From a virus (taxonomy: Duplodnaviria; Caudoviricetes): a stretch of 64,000 nt of DNA. Under the pieces are notes generated by a model. It was not told where the DNA came from. It worked only from the letters and a program-made list of their open reading frames with translations, and did no database searches. The translations under genes and the position numbers were made by a program. This document shows, one piece after another, positions 29,596 to 39,237 of this stretch. The DNA is taken from IMG/VR virus record IMGVR_UViG_3300042558_004043; one strand, given 5' to 3'. Position 1 is the stretch's first letter. Each line of letters opens with the position of its first letter.

Positions 29596-30960
29596 ATGAG
29601 ATTTACACAACTTCTAACAAATTTGATTTTGGAAAATTCAAGATTCCAAGTTCTGTATGACAAAATGGTTAAACCATCCAAAGGACAAGAAGGTGAAGGT
29701 AGAAAACCTAAAGGTTTAATGGACTTTGAAACGCTCAAGGCGATTATTCTTGCGGACCCAACAACTAGAGTTCCTCAAGGTCAAGATATTGATGAACTTA
29801 GTGTTGAGGACATGGAGAATGTTAAAGTTGGTAAGTATACTCAATGGATGTTGAAAAATTTTGTACTTCCAACATTTCAAGATGAAAGAGCTAATATGGA
29901 AAAAGGTACCGCCGAATACAAGCGTGTGATGAGTGAATACCAAAGATTGTTCTTGGAAGACTTACACAAAATGACCGAAGACCTTAAAAAGTACGAGAGA
30001 TTTAAGAATCAGTTACCTCAAGATAAGAGAGATATTAATAAGATATCTTCAGACCAACTTTTTGATTTGGTTAAAGATTTTAAATTAGAAAAGACCAAAG
30101 CATCAAAGCAAGAGAAAGAAGAAGCTAAAACATCATATCAATACCCTGGTAGTGAAATTGTGTTTAGAGGTCCAAAATGGACTTTGATAAAGATTGAAGA
30201 CCAAGGTGCTTTAGGTAAAGCGGCGGCGGTTTTCTTCGGAGGATATCAAGATGGAGATAGTGGTGAATCTAGATGGTGTACATCGGCACCTGGGTTGAGT
30301 TATTTCAACGGGTATATTAAAGATGGTCCGTTGTTTGTGGTATTACCAAATGATGACAAAGGTCAGGTAGGTAAAAGAACTGGACTTCCCGTAGAGAGAT
30401 TCCAATTTCACTTCCCATCTAACCAATACATGGATAGACATGACAGACAAATCAATTTGGTAGAATACTTGAACGGACCAATGGAAGAATTAAAAGATTT
30501 CTTCAAACCTGAGTTCGCTAAGGGTCTTGTAAGTAAAGGTGGAAATAAAGTTGAAGTTAATTATCCTGATAGTTCGGCGGGTAAATTTATCGCTCTTTAC
30601 GGATTTGATGAATTGTTTGACAGTTTGCCTGACACAATTGAACATCTTATTGTTACAAACAAATCAAAAGAAAATATTGCTTTGGACGTTCCAGAAAGTA
30701 TCACAAGATTTAAGAACCTTGATGCTTTACTAATGTCAAATATTGTAAGAACATTACCTGAAAATTTGGGTGATTTGAAAAATTTGAAGTTTTTAAATTT
30801 GGCAAATAACAAAGATTTAGTATCTTTGCCTGAGTCAATCAAGGATATTCCTAATTTGGCACTACTGAATTTGAAAAAAGCTAACCCTAATGTTGTAATA
30901 CCACCAGCTTTAAAAGAGGTATTATCTGATGAAGGAGAAGGATTTTTCTATCTCACTTAA
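29596..30960 (+). CDS. Hypothetical protein with C-terminal leucine-rich repeats
   Basis: LPENLGDLKNLKFLNLANNKDLVSLPESIKDIPNLALLNL; central SRWCTS motif. Confidence 0.7.
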   Translation: MRFTQLLTNLILENSRFQVLYDKMVKPSKGQEGEGRKPKGLMDFETLKAIILADPTTRVPQGQDIDELSVEDMENVKVGKYTQWMLKNFVLPTFQDERANMEKGTAEYKRVMSEYQRLFLEDLHKMTEDLKKYERFKNQLPQDKRDINKISSDQLFDLVKDFKLEKTKASKQEKEEAKTSYQYPGSEIVFRGPKWTLIKIEDQGALGKAAAVFFGGYQDGDSGESRWCTSAPGLSYFNGYIKDGPLFVVLPNDDKGQVGKRTGLPVERFQFHFPSNQYMDRHDRQINLVEYLNGPMEELKDFFKPEFAKGLVSKGGNKVEVNYPDSSAGKFIALYGFDELFDSLPDTIEHLIVTNKSKENIALDVPESITRFKNLDALLMSNIVRTLPENLGDLKNLKFLNLANNKDLVSLPESIKDIPNLALLNLKKANPNVVIPPALKEVLSDEGEGFFYLT

Positions 30961-30971
30961 AAAATACTCGT

Positions 30972-31262
30972 ATGAAAAACATTGATGTTGAAATCTACCT
31001 TAACCAACTCATCACATTTTTTGAGAAAAACCCAAACGACCTGACCGAACTCATTGGAACTTCAATGAAAGATACTTTTTTTGATAAAGTAAGAGAGGCT
31101 TGTACGGAAAATGTTGAAAATGGTGATGAGGTGACCTTAACAAATCAACAATTAATTGATATTGTTCTTGATATTAAAGGTGTTAAGGGTTCAAAAGAAG
31201 AATTAGAAGTTATTAACAAAATATTTGTTAAAAACAAGTTTGGAACTTTTTGTTTAAATTAA
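30972..31262 (+). CDS. Hypothetical protein
   Basis: 96-aa ORF. Confidence 0.7.
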   Translation: MKNIDVEIYLNQLITFFEKNPNDLTELIGTSMKDTFFDKVREACTENVENGDEVTLTNQQLIDIVLDIKGVKGSKEELEVINKIFVKNKFGTFCLN

Positions 31263-31318
31263 TTTGGTGGGACAGAGTTTCCGCCATATATTTGTACCAC
31301 AATTAAAAACAATAACCC

Positions 31319-32068
31319 ATGATGACAATTCAAGACCTCAAATTCAAAGCTCCTTCAGTATTCACCACTGAAAAATCGCCAAAAGTATCTGACCGTTATA
31401 TGATGGTTCCCACTATCGATGTCGTAAATAAGTTTATGGATGCAGGTTGGGAAATATCAAAAGCGAATCAAGTTGGTTCAGGGCCATTTAACCGTCACTC
31501 AGTTCGTATGAGAAACTCAGTTCTCCCCAAGGTTGGTGACTCTTTGGTTGAAGCTATCATTACCAACTCACACAATGGTACATCTAAACTTGAAATCGGA
31601 GCAGGACTATTCCGACTCGTATGTTCCAACGGACTTGTTATCTCACAACAAGAATTGATTTCACTCAATCAACGTCACATGAAAATCTCAATGGACGAGG
31701 TTGAGATGATTACTGAGACATTCATCAAGTCAACACCGGTGATTGAACGTTCAGTTAACCGTATGTCTGAGATTAAGATGGATACAGACAAACAGGTTGA
31801 TTTCGCAACCAAGGCCATGGGTATCCGATGGAAAAACACTGAGGATATTTCCACAATGACAATTGATAGTATCCTTAATCCAATCCGTCGGGATGACATG
31901 GACCCGACACTTTGGAACACATTCAATGTGGTCCAAGAGAAACTAATTCGTGGTGGTTTTGTTAAACAACAGAGTAACAAAACACGTCAGGTGAAACCAA
32001 TCACATCCCTGACTATGGACACCATGATTAATCAAAAATTGTGGGAACTCGCTGAGTCCTATATCTAA
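31319..32068 (+). CDS. DUF932/DUF945 family protein
   Basis: TNSHNGTS, GLFRLVCSNGL, LWNTFNVVQE. Confidence 0.8.
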   Translation: MMTIQDLKFKAPSVFTTEKSPKVSDRYMMVPTIDVVNKFMDAGWEISKANQVGSGPFNRHSVRMRNSVLPKVGDSLVEAIITNSHNGTSKLEIGAGLFRLVCSNGLVISQQELISLNQRHMKISMDEVEMITETFIKSTPVIERSVNRMSEIKMDTDKQVDFATKAMGIRWKNTEDISTMTIDSILNPIRRDDMDPTLWNTFNVVQEKLIRGGFVKQQSNKTRQVKPITSLTMDTMINQKLWELAESYI

Positions 32069-32073
32069 TCAAA

Positions 32074-32099
32074 ATGGGGGAGGAAACTCCCCCACTTTT
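32074..32099 (+). terminator. Intrinsic terminator-like hairpin
   Basis: tggggaggaaactcccccactttt. Confidence 0.6.
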
Positions 32100-32110
32100 A
32101 ACTTATTTTT

Positions 32111-33844
32111 ATGCAAGAAGTATATACCCAAAAATTTGAGACATTTCAAACAATTGATTTCTTTGACTTTAATGTTTTGGAACATAGAGAACAAGAAGAA
32201 CAGGTTGGTATTTTTTTTGATATTTTTGGAAACACTAGGTTTAAAACATCTTGGGCTGAAAAATCTACAAATCTAACCAAAGAATATTTTGAATTGAACA
32301 AAAAGAATACCTTATGTACATTAATTCACAAAAGGTTGAGTATTTTTGTAGTTAAGAATGAGGATAAAGTTACCCTCAAATACTTCTTATATACACGTAT
32401 TAAAAAAGTTGGTGAAGTTTTTTATCGTGTTAGTACCACTTGTCATTATGTTTCTTACAATATTAAACGAAATTGTTTATATGTTGGTAAATTAATTAAT
32501 TTTCATAAGAAACGAAAGACTATAAAACATGTAAAGATTCATACTTTTGACAGAGATATTGTCACGGACGCAATTATAACAATTAATTTGTGGTACAATC
32601 ATGTTTTTGAGGACCGCCCCGAAAGAAAAATAAACAATATTTTTGGTCACAATGCGGTCAAAGAATTTTTGGCAAATATTCCTGGTGTGCAATACCATAA
32701 GAATAAGATATCAAGTCAAACAATTTATAAAACCATACTGACAAAAAAAGGAGTTAAACTTTGTGACAACTGGGCTGTGTTTACTTGTATGTATCCACAA
32801 CCAAAAACTAAAGACTATAAAAAGAATGGGCCAAAGTATTTGGATTCTATTATGATGTTGAATGAATTGAACGGTGATAAAATAAAAAGAGTATTACATA
32901 AGCTTAAAAACTTTAATCCTAATCTATTTAAGACCGCAGTAAATTTTTTTGGAAAAGATTATATTTTAGGTCAAAGTGACGAGACTCTTATTGACATATT
33001 TGAATCTACTTGTGATAATGAATTTTATGTGGATTTCTCCATGATAACTTCAAAAAAAGAAAGAAATAATATATTTGAAATATTCAAACTTGTTGCCAAG
33101 GGTGAAGTCGATGTCCACACTTATATTGACCATTTTAGGTTTATTAGAAACATTAGAAGATTTGAACATGTAAAATGGAACTCAGCCACTTATGATGATT
33201 TCAGAGAGGAACATCTCAATCTAACCGAGTTGAATCAGTACTATACAAAAGGTACGTTTACTAGAATATACGGAGACAGGTTTATTGATTATATATCAAA
33301 TGGGATTAAATATGAGAATGACACATACTACCCTGAAATTTTAAAAACATCTAAAGACTATAATTTGGAATCGTTTGTTCAGTCAAATTGTGTTAAAGGG
33401 TATGTTCAAAGAGCCTCCGCGTTGATTGTTTCCCTTAGAAAGGGTGATAAAGAATCTAAAGAACGATTGACAGTTGAGTACCGAATAAGTAAGGGACATT
33501 CTATGCAAATAGATAGAGTTCAAACAAGAGGTAGGTTTAACCAAGACCCTGGACTTGACTGGAGTTTTGCTCTTGAAGTTTTGGATGAGAGAATGAACAG
33601 TTCTTTGGTGTATAATCTATTTGAGTTACCTAAAATTGTGTGTAAAGTTGGTAATAAAGAATTTGTATCCAACTCGATATTCGAAGAGCCTATAGGAAAT
33701 ACAATTAGACCTGTTAGACCTACAAATCTTTTTAATTTATTGAAGTCATCTCAGGATTTAATTTGGGAGGATAAAAATATCACTAATATTGATTATGCGG
33801 GTAATGATATAGTTACTATTTTGGATGATGATTTAAATTTCTAA
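32111..33844 (+). CDS. PcfJ-domain protein
   Basis: ESFVQSNCVKGY...LTVEY...QTRGRFN. Confidence 0.7.
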   Translation: MQEVYTQKFETFQTIDFFDFNVLEHREQEEQVGIFFDIFGNTRFKTSWAEKSTNLTKEYFELNKKNTLCTLIHKRLSIFVVKNEDKVTLKYFLYTRIKKVGEVFYRVSTTCHYVSYNIKRNCLYVGKLINFHKKRKTIKHVKIHTFDRDIVTDAIITINLWYNHVFEDRPERKINNIFGHNAVKEFLANIPGVQYHKNKISSQTIYKTILTKKGVKLCDNWAVFTCMYPQPKTKDYKKNGPKYLDSIMMLNELNGDKIKRVLHKLKNFNPNLFKTAVNFFGKDYILGQSDETLIDIFESTCDNEFYVDFSMITSKKERNNIFEIFKLVAKGEVDVHTYIDHFRFIRNIRRFEHVKWNSATYDDFREEHLNLTELNQYYTKGTFTRIYGDRFIDYISNGIKYENDTYYPEILKTSKDYNLESFVQSNCVKGYVQRASALIVSLRKGDKESKERLTVEYRISKGHSMQIDRVQTRGRFNQDPGLDWSFALEVLDERMNSSLVYNLFELPKIVCKVGNKEFVSNSIFEEPIGNTIRPVRPTNLFNLLKSSQDLIWEDKNITNIDYAGNDIVTILDDDLNF

Positions 33845-33845
33845 T

Positions 33846-34163
33846 ATGATTGAAGTACCTAAATTTTGTGTTGACAAATTTAAAACCACATTTGGTTATG
33901 AACCGTCATTTATTCAAATAAAGATGGATAACGATGAACGTATTGAAAAACTAACTTCTAAATCAAGAACAATATGGTTTTCATCCGTTTTTAGACATAA
34001 CGGTGTGTTTATAAAAGAGAAATTAGTTGAATATGATGCGATGGGTATCTATATTTATATTTTAAGAGATGACGAATCTCCTATAACCGATGTGACATTC
34101 ATGACCACTATTGATAGACAAAGTGTTTCAGAATTCACAATACACAATCTAAATAAAAAATAA
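33846..34163 (+). CDS. Hypothetical protein
   Basis: 105-aa ORF. Confidence 0.65.
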   Translation: MIEVPKFCVDKFKTTFGYEPSFIQIKMDNDERIEKLTSKSRTIWFSSVFRHNGVFIKEKLVEYDAMGIYIYILRDDESPITDVTFMTTIDRQSVSEFTIHNLNKK

Positions 34164-34164
34164 A

Positions 34165-34488
34165 ATGGAATTAACTTCAGAACAGTTTGAACAAAAAATG
34201 AAGAGCGGCGAAAAGATGGTCGTTGAATTTTGGGCCCCATGGTGTGGACCTTGTAAAATGATGAAACCAACATTTGAAAAGGTTTCTCAAAATCTTAAAA
34301 ATGAAAACTTTGGTGTTACATTGTACACCATGAACGTGGACTCAAATAGAGACACCGCTATGAAATATGGTATACGTAGTATCCCTACAACTAAAGCTTT
34401 TTCAAACGGTAAAGAATCTTCAACTAAAGTTGGAGTTTTGGGTGAATCACAAATTAAAGAATTTGCAAATAGTATATTAAATGGATAA
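34165..34488 (+). CDS. Thioredoxin
   Basis: FWAPWCGPCKMM; GIRSIPT. Confidence 0.92.
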   Translation: MELTSEQFEQKMKSGEKMVVEFWAPWCGPCKMMKPTFEKVSQNLKNENFGVTLYTMNVDSNRDTAMKYGIRSIPTTKAFSNGKESSTKVGVLGESQIKEFANSILNG

Positions 34489-34762
34489 GATTGTAGTTGT
34501 GTTCACAATGAAAACATGTGGATTCTGTGAACAGTTCAAAAATAAATTGAACGAAAATAACATTAATTTCGTGAATAGAGATATTCATGAAAATAAAGAA
34601 GAGTATGATATGTTTGTTAAAAAAACAGGTAATGATTTTGTACCTTCTTTTATGATTATTGAATCACCAAATGAAAATCCTGTGTCTCATTTGTATGCAC
34701 CAGGAAGAGATTACGAGGATTTGGACAAGGCGGTTAGTATTATTAAGGAACACGTAGGTTAA
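34481..34762 (+). CDS. Glutaredoxin-like protein
   Basis: TCGFC active site; FVPSF cis-Pro loop. Confidence 0.8.
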   Translation: MDKIVVVFTMKTCGFCEQFKNKLNENNINFVNRDIHENKEEYDMFVKKTGNDFVPSFMIIESPNENPVSHLYAPGRDYEDLDKAVSIIKEHVG

Positions 34763-35287
34763 ATGAATCTTAACTTCAATAAACATGGAAAACTCCATAC
34801 CCCAATTACTTATTGGGAATTGGAGGATGGTAATACTGTGGTAATATATCAGGGTTCGAGAGGTGCGAACCCTGATTTAGATTTTATTGTTAAGTACAAA
34901 GCTCCTAACAAACGACTTAGAGCTCCATCTCATACCCATTGGATTGTTGATTTAATTATTAAGTCAAAGTTCGCACCCGAAGATTTATGTTCTTTTGTTA
35001 AAGAATGGATTGAGATATATGACACGATTGAACCATTTAAAAACGTAGAAGAAAGAGAGAGTTATCAATTAATTTATAAAGACTATTTTAGTCAAAAATA
35101 TTTTACGATAGATAATTTAGGTGAATTCTCAGTTGAATTTGTTTCAACTTTAATTGAATTATTTATCAGGTGTGAAAAACAAACACCCGATGCTTTTATG
35201 TTTAAGAATCTCTTAATTTTAATTAGTGATTATTGTCAGGATAAAAAAGATTTTTATCAAGTTGTCTCTTATTCTAAGAGAGTTTAG
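34763..35287 (+). CDS. Hypothetical protein
   Basis: 174-aa ORF. Confidence 0.65.
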   Translation: MNLNFNKHGKLHTPITYWELEDGNTVVIYQGSRGANPDLDFIVKYKAPNKRLRAPSHTHWIVDLIIKSKFAPEDLCSFVKEWIEIYDTIEPFKNVEERESYQLIYKDYFSQKYFTIDNLGEFSVEFVSTLIELFIRCEKQTPDAFMFKNLLILISDYCQDKKDFYQVVSYSKRV

Positions 35288-36108
35288 ATAATAAATAATT
35301 CACTTATACGGTCTTTTTTTAACCATGGTTTTATTTCTAATTGAGAATCAATTTCTTTAGATAAATCGTAATTCTTAAGTGTTGTATTAGAAAATCTTGG
35401 TATATTAAAATCAAAAACGTCTAAAACCATAGATTTAACTTTTTCAGATAGGTAAGGTGAGCCTGATATAATTTGAATATCTAAATCTCCATTTTCATCT
35501 TTAACATCTGAAATTTTAAAAGTTATTTTGTCAGTTTTGATTGATGAGAATAATTGGTTACAAATGTATTCTGAATAGTAGTAATGTGCTCTACCGTTAT
35601 CTAAACTATAACCGTATGGAAACTCAGATGTGACACAAACATAATTTCTACTAAACATTGAATTGGGTTCGGTTAAATGAGTATATTCTAAATCAAATAA
35701 TAATTCTTTTCTAAAGTCTAAACTGTTATAGTAAACATCCATATGGTTGTAAACGTAACTCAATACCTTTTCATGAAATGAAGGACACATGGTATTATGA
35801 AACTCAAAGTAAGATTCAAATATTTCATCGAATCCTAAATTATCATATTCAATTAGGTCAATTACGTTAATTCTTTCATATTCTAAATCAACCATTGTTT
35901 GTTTATTTTCTTCGTAGAATCTTTCTTTTATTTCAGATAAATCCAAAATAGTTTTAGATTCGGTTTTTCCCGCAACAACCAAAAAGTTTTTGAAGTCTGA
36001 AACCTCGATTATTGTTTTATATTTTTTTTCTTTTTGAATTTCGCAAAGAATAAAATCCGCAAACTTATTCACAATGCCTCTTCTCGATTTTGGATTAATA
36101 TACCTCAT
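35284..36108 (-). CDS. Degenerate S-adenosylmethionine synthetase (MetK)-like protein
   Basis: N- and C-terminal segments align by eye with MetK (see findings); GHPDK is absent. Confidence 0.5.
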   Translation of the reverse strand: MRYINPKSRRGIVNKFADFILCEIQKEKKYKTIIEVSDFKNFLVVAGKTESKTILDLSEIKERFYEENKQTMVDLEYERINVIDLIEYDNLGFDEIFESYFEFHNTMCPSFHEKVLSYVYNHMDVYYNSLDFRKELLFDLEYTHLTEPNSMFSRNYVCVTSEFPYGYSLDNGRAHYYYSEYICNQLFSSIKTDKITFKISDVKDENGDLDIQIISGSPYLSEKVKSMVLDVFDFNIPRFSNTTLKNYDLSKEIDSQLEIKPWLKKDRISELFII

Positions 36109-36165
36109 ATAAAATGTTTTTGAAATAGATAAACAAAAAAATTCAAATCCTAAATACTTTAAATA

Positions 36166-36191
36166 AAAAAGGGGATAAAAATCCCCTTTTA
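36166..36191. terminator. Bidirectional terminator-like hairpin
   Basis: aaaaaaggggataaaaatcccctttt. Confidence 0.6.
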
Positions 36192-36206
36192 ATTTTTCAT
36201 GAAAAA

Positions 36207-36374
36207 TTACTTTTTGTAATATTTCTCCACTGTTTTCCTAATAGACTCCTGAATATTTTGATTGTTACTCGGTGGTGGAGCCTGTTGAGGTTGAGGTTGT
36301 GGAGGAACCTGCTGACCCAACGGCTGAGGTTGAGGTTGAGCCTGATTACCTTTGTTTTTACATCCGCATCCCAT
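36207..36374 (-). CDS. 55-aa microprotein MGCGCK with Pro/Gln linker
   Basis: Read by hand: MGCGCKNKGNQAQPQPQPLGQQVPPQPQQAPPPSNNQNIQESIRKTVEKYYKK; TATTTAT upstream on minus strand. Confidence 0.7.
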   Translation of the reverse strand: MGCGCKNKGNQAQPQPQPLGQQVPPQPQPQQAPPPSNNQNIQESIRKTVEKYYKK

Positions 36375-36460
36375 AACTTTTTATTTTTAAACGTTTATAT
36401 ATCATAAATATCTAAATTTGGTGTATATTGTAAATATTTTATTTGAATTTACAAATATTT

Positions 36461-37861
36461 ATGATTATGACAAAAAGTCTTAGTTTCAAAAATACCATAA
36501 AAAATATGTTAGTAGAACAGAGTGAAGATGAGTTCTACAAAATATCACCTGAGGAGTTTACAGAACTAATGAAGTTTGGTAGTTATCATGGTAAAGGTGT
36601 AAGTAAATTAAAAATGTTTGGAGGTAAACCGATATGGATTACCGGTAATTTAGATTTGTCAAATACTCCTACAGACTCATTAGGTAATGTTAAATATGTT
36701 GATGGTAGATTAGATATCAGTAGAACAAATATTAGTGATTTGTCTGGTGTTAAGGTTAAAGGATATATTTGGGATGGAGGTACACCTATTGAAAAAAAGA
36801 GACTTGCCGCCATTTTAAAAGAAAAGATGGAAGAGGCTGAAGAAAGACGACAAAGAGATGAATGGAGTGTAGAGGAAGGAGACGAAATAGGTTTAAGAGC
36901 CCAAGCACTATTTAAAAATTTGATAAATGATGAAAAAATTTTCGCCATAACAGGAGAAGATATTGGAAGATTAGAAGGTTTGAGGGCTGATTTGGAGGAG
37001 TTAAATAATAGATATAGTGAAACCGAAGGAGAAGATGATGATTTGTTAAGACAAATAAATGATATTGAGGAAAAGATTCGAGAAATACAACAAAATTCCG
37101 CAGACGTATATAACATAGTACCAATGAAATATAACTATTATGGTTTACCTCAGTTTGAAGTTATTGGTGTTGATGATTTAGTAGGGGAAGAATATGCGGT
37201 TGGTGATGAAAGTGAAATGGATGACGCGGCACTTCAATATGCTAAAAACTACCTTGATGAGGCTGGTATTGAAGGCTTAAGAGACCATTTTATTGAGGAC
37301 CATTTAGATACTGATGCGATTGAATATTTCTTCAAAGATTTTTATGATGATGATGTTAGGAATAATCTTGATGTTTATTTTGATGAAAGTGAACTACCTA
37401 ACACAGAAGAACAAGAAAAAAGGAAACAGGAATTAGAGGAATACATTACCAAAGCGGAAGGAGTCGTTAAAAAATTTGAACAAAAACAAGAGAACCTTAA
37501 TAACAAAACTGATGACCCTGATGAGTATACTAAACAGTATAACGAGATTCAATCAAAAATAGATATCATTCAAAATCATATTGACAACTCACAAGAGGAA
37601 ATTGATAATATGGAATCCACAGGACAGGTAACTGAGGAGATGATTGAAGAAAAAATTGAAGATATGGTATCAGATAAAATGAGTGACCCAAGGGGTTCTT
37701 TATCTGAATTTGGTATGGATATTAGTGAATATGTTGATATGGATTCACTGGCAGAAGCACTTGCTAAAAGTGATGGGTATGAAATTTTAGCATCTTATGA
37801 TGGAAGTTATGATACTGAAATGATAGACAACAAGTATTACTATATAATGAGAGTTAACTAA
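36461..37861 (+). CDS. Acidic hypothetical protein with short LRR-like segment
   Basis: ITGNLDLSNTPTDSLGNVKYVDGRLDISRTNISDL; start at 36461 or 36467. Confidence 0.7.
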   Translation: MIMTKSLSFKNTIKNMLVEQSEDEFYKISPEEFTELMKFGSYHGKGVSKLKMFGGKPIWITGNLDLSNTPTDSLGNVKYVDGRLDISRTNISDLSGVKVKGYIWDGGTPIEKKRLAAILKEKMEEAEERRQRDEWSVEEGDEIGLRAQALFKNLINDEKIFAITGEDIGRLEGLRADLEELNNRYSETEGEDDDLLRQINDIEEKIREIQQNSADVYNIVPMKYNYYGLPQFEVIGVDDLVGEEYAVGDESEMDDAALQYAKNYLDEAGIEGLRDHFIEDHLDTDAIEYFFKDFYDDDVRNNLDVYFDESELPNTEEQEKRKQELEEYITKAEGVVKKFEQKQENLNNKTDDPDEYTKQYNEIQSKIDIIQNHIDNSQEEIDNMESTGQVTEEMIEEKIEDMVSDKMSDPRGSLSEFGMDISEYVDMDSLAEALAKSDGYEILASYDGSYDTEMIDNKYYYIMRVN

Positions 37862-37902
37862 ATCTTTTTTTTATCACTGATATCAACTATATTTGTGATA
37901 AC

Positions 37903-38694
37903 ATGTCTAAAAAAACCAAAAATAATAATTCTTTTGTAATGAACACCGATTGGCTCTTCAATGGGACAATCGACGCCGAACAAAAAGAATATGTACTTTT
38001 AGGTTACTTCCAAAAAATGAATAAAAATTTGGAAGAGATGAGAATTTACCCTATGTTTACCGAACTTTCAATACATTTGGGTAATATTCAAACATTGTTA
38101 ACTCAAAACAAAATACTATATACCGACAAAAAATTAACCACAGATAACGATGAAATCTTTATTAAAGATTTGAAGGTTAAGGACATACCTGATTTAACCG
38201 ACGAGCAATTTGCCGAGTATCAAAAAATAATCAGAGTGAGTCAACCAATGTTATTTGATTATTTTAACATAGCCAAATCATTGTGGTCGTTAGCTTACGA
38301 TTCGGTAACCGTAAATGTTAAGAGGAATAAAAATAATTTAACAAGTAAGACGGGATTTTATTACACAATATATAAAGATAATCTTTATGTTTGGAGATAT
38401 ACTATGAAAAAAATTAGAGGGTTTAATAACCAAGTTAGAACCGATGCTAAATTGATATTTAGTGGAAGTCCTGACTCAACAGTTATTAAGGTCATATCAC
38501 AAACATCACCAACTTATAGAAAAAACAACGAAAGTAAGTTACCTATAATGGAAGTTGTTTGTCATGAAATGTTTCCACTGAATGAAACATTGGTACCACT
38601 AATGAAAAGAAAAGTTGTATCTTTGATACATCAAAGTATTAAAGTTGAAAAGTTATTAGAAGAAAGTAAAACAGTTGAAAATGGGGTTCAATAA
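37903..38694 (+). CDS. Hypothetical protein
   Basis: 263-aa ORF; TATATTTG promoter-like element upstream. Confidence 0.7.
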   Translation: MSKKTKNNNSFVMNTDWLFNGTIDAEQKEYVLLGYFQKMNKNLEEMRIYPMFTELSIHLGNIQTLLTQNKILYTDKKLTTDNDEIFIKDLKVKDIPDLTDEQFAEYQKIIRVSQPMLFDYFNIAKSLWSLAYDSVTVNVKRNKNNLTSKTGFYYTIYKDNLYVWRYTMKKIRGFNNQVRTDAKLIFSGSPDSTVIKVISQTSPTYRKNNESKLPIMEVVCHEMFPLNETLVPLMKRKVVSLIHQSIKVEKLLEESKTVENGVQ

Positions 38695-38854
38695 ATTAAT
38701 AGTCGGAAAAAACAAAATAAAGGAAATTGAGTCGGATTTAAATTTGATTGAAATTTATAAAAAGTACGACGCCATGATATTTGAATCTAATGAAATAAGA
38801 GATAAATTTAAATTTTTTGAAAATGAATACAATCAAAAAAAAGTTATTGGATAA
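38681..38854 (+). CDS. Small hypothetical protein (57 aa)
   Basis: Read by hand, MGFNKLIVGK...; bridges two ORFs. Confidence 0.5.
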   Translation: MGFNKLIVGKNKIKEIESDLNLIEIYKKYDAMIFESNEIRDKFKFFENEYNQKKVIG

Positions 38855-39008
38855 GTTAAGAAGACCTGTTCATATCACATTTATTTCTAACCATATTTTA
38901 AAACTTTCTATGGAAGAAACTGAAAAATTTATCAATGAAATGGTTGAAGAAGGTTTGATTGAAGAAAGTAAGTATGGTAAAGGTTATTATGTTGTAAAAA
39001 GTATATAA
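38823..39008 (+). CDS. Small winged-helix-like protein
   Basis: HITFIS..ILK...TEKFINEMVEEGLIEE. Confidence 0.5.
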   Translation: MNTIKKKLLDKLRRPVHITFISNHILKLSMEETEKFINEMVEEGLIEESKYGKGYYVVKSI

Positions 39009-39012
39009 AACT

Positions 39013-39237
39013 ATGAAAGAAATGGTAAATCATCCTGACCATTATGGTGGTGAGGAAAACACATATGAAGTTGTAAAGGTATGCGAGGCTTGGAATCTTG
39101 ATATGGATGCTTATTTGTTTAATGTTGTAAAATATGTGGCAAGAGCCGGCAAAAAAGATTCTGATAAAGAACTGCAAGACCTTAAAAAGGCTCTTTGGTA
39201 TCTTGATAGAAAAATTAAAAATTTAGAGAAGAAATGA
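39013..39237 (+). CDS. DUF3310 family (T7 gp1.7/SaV-like) protein
   Basis: VNHPDHY, FNVVKYVARAGKK, DLKKALWYL. Confidence 0.85.
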   Translation: MKEMVNHPDHYGGEENTYEVVKVCEAWNLDMDAYLFNVVKYVARAGKKDSDKELQDLKKALWYLDRKIKNLEKK

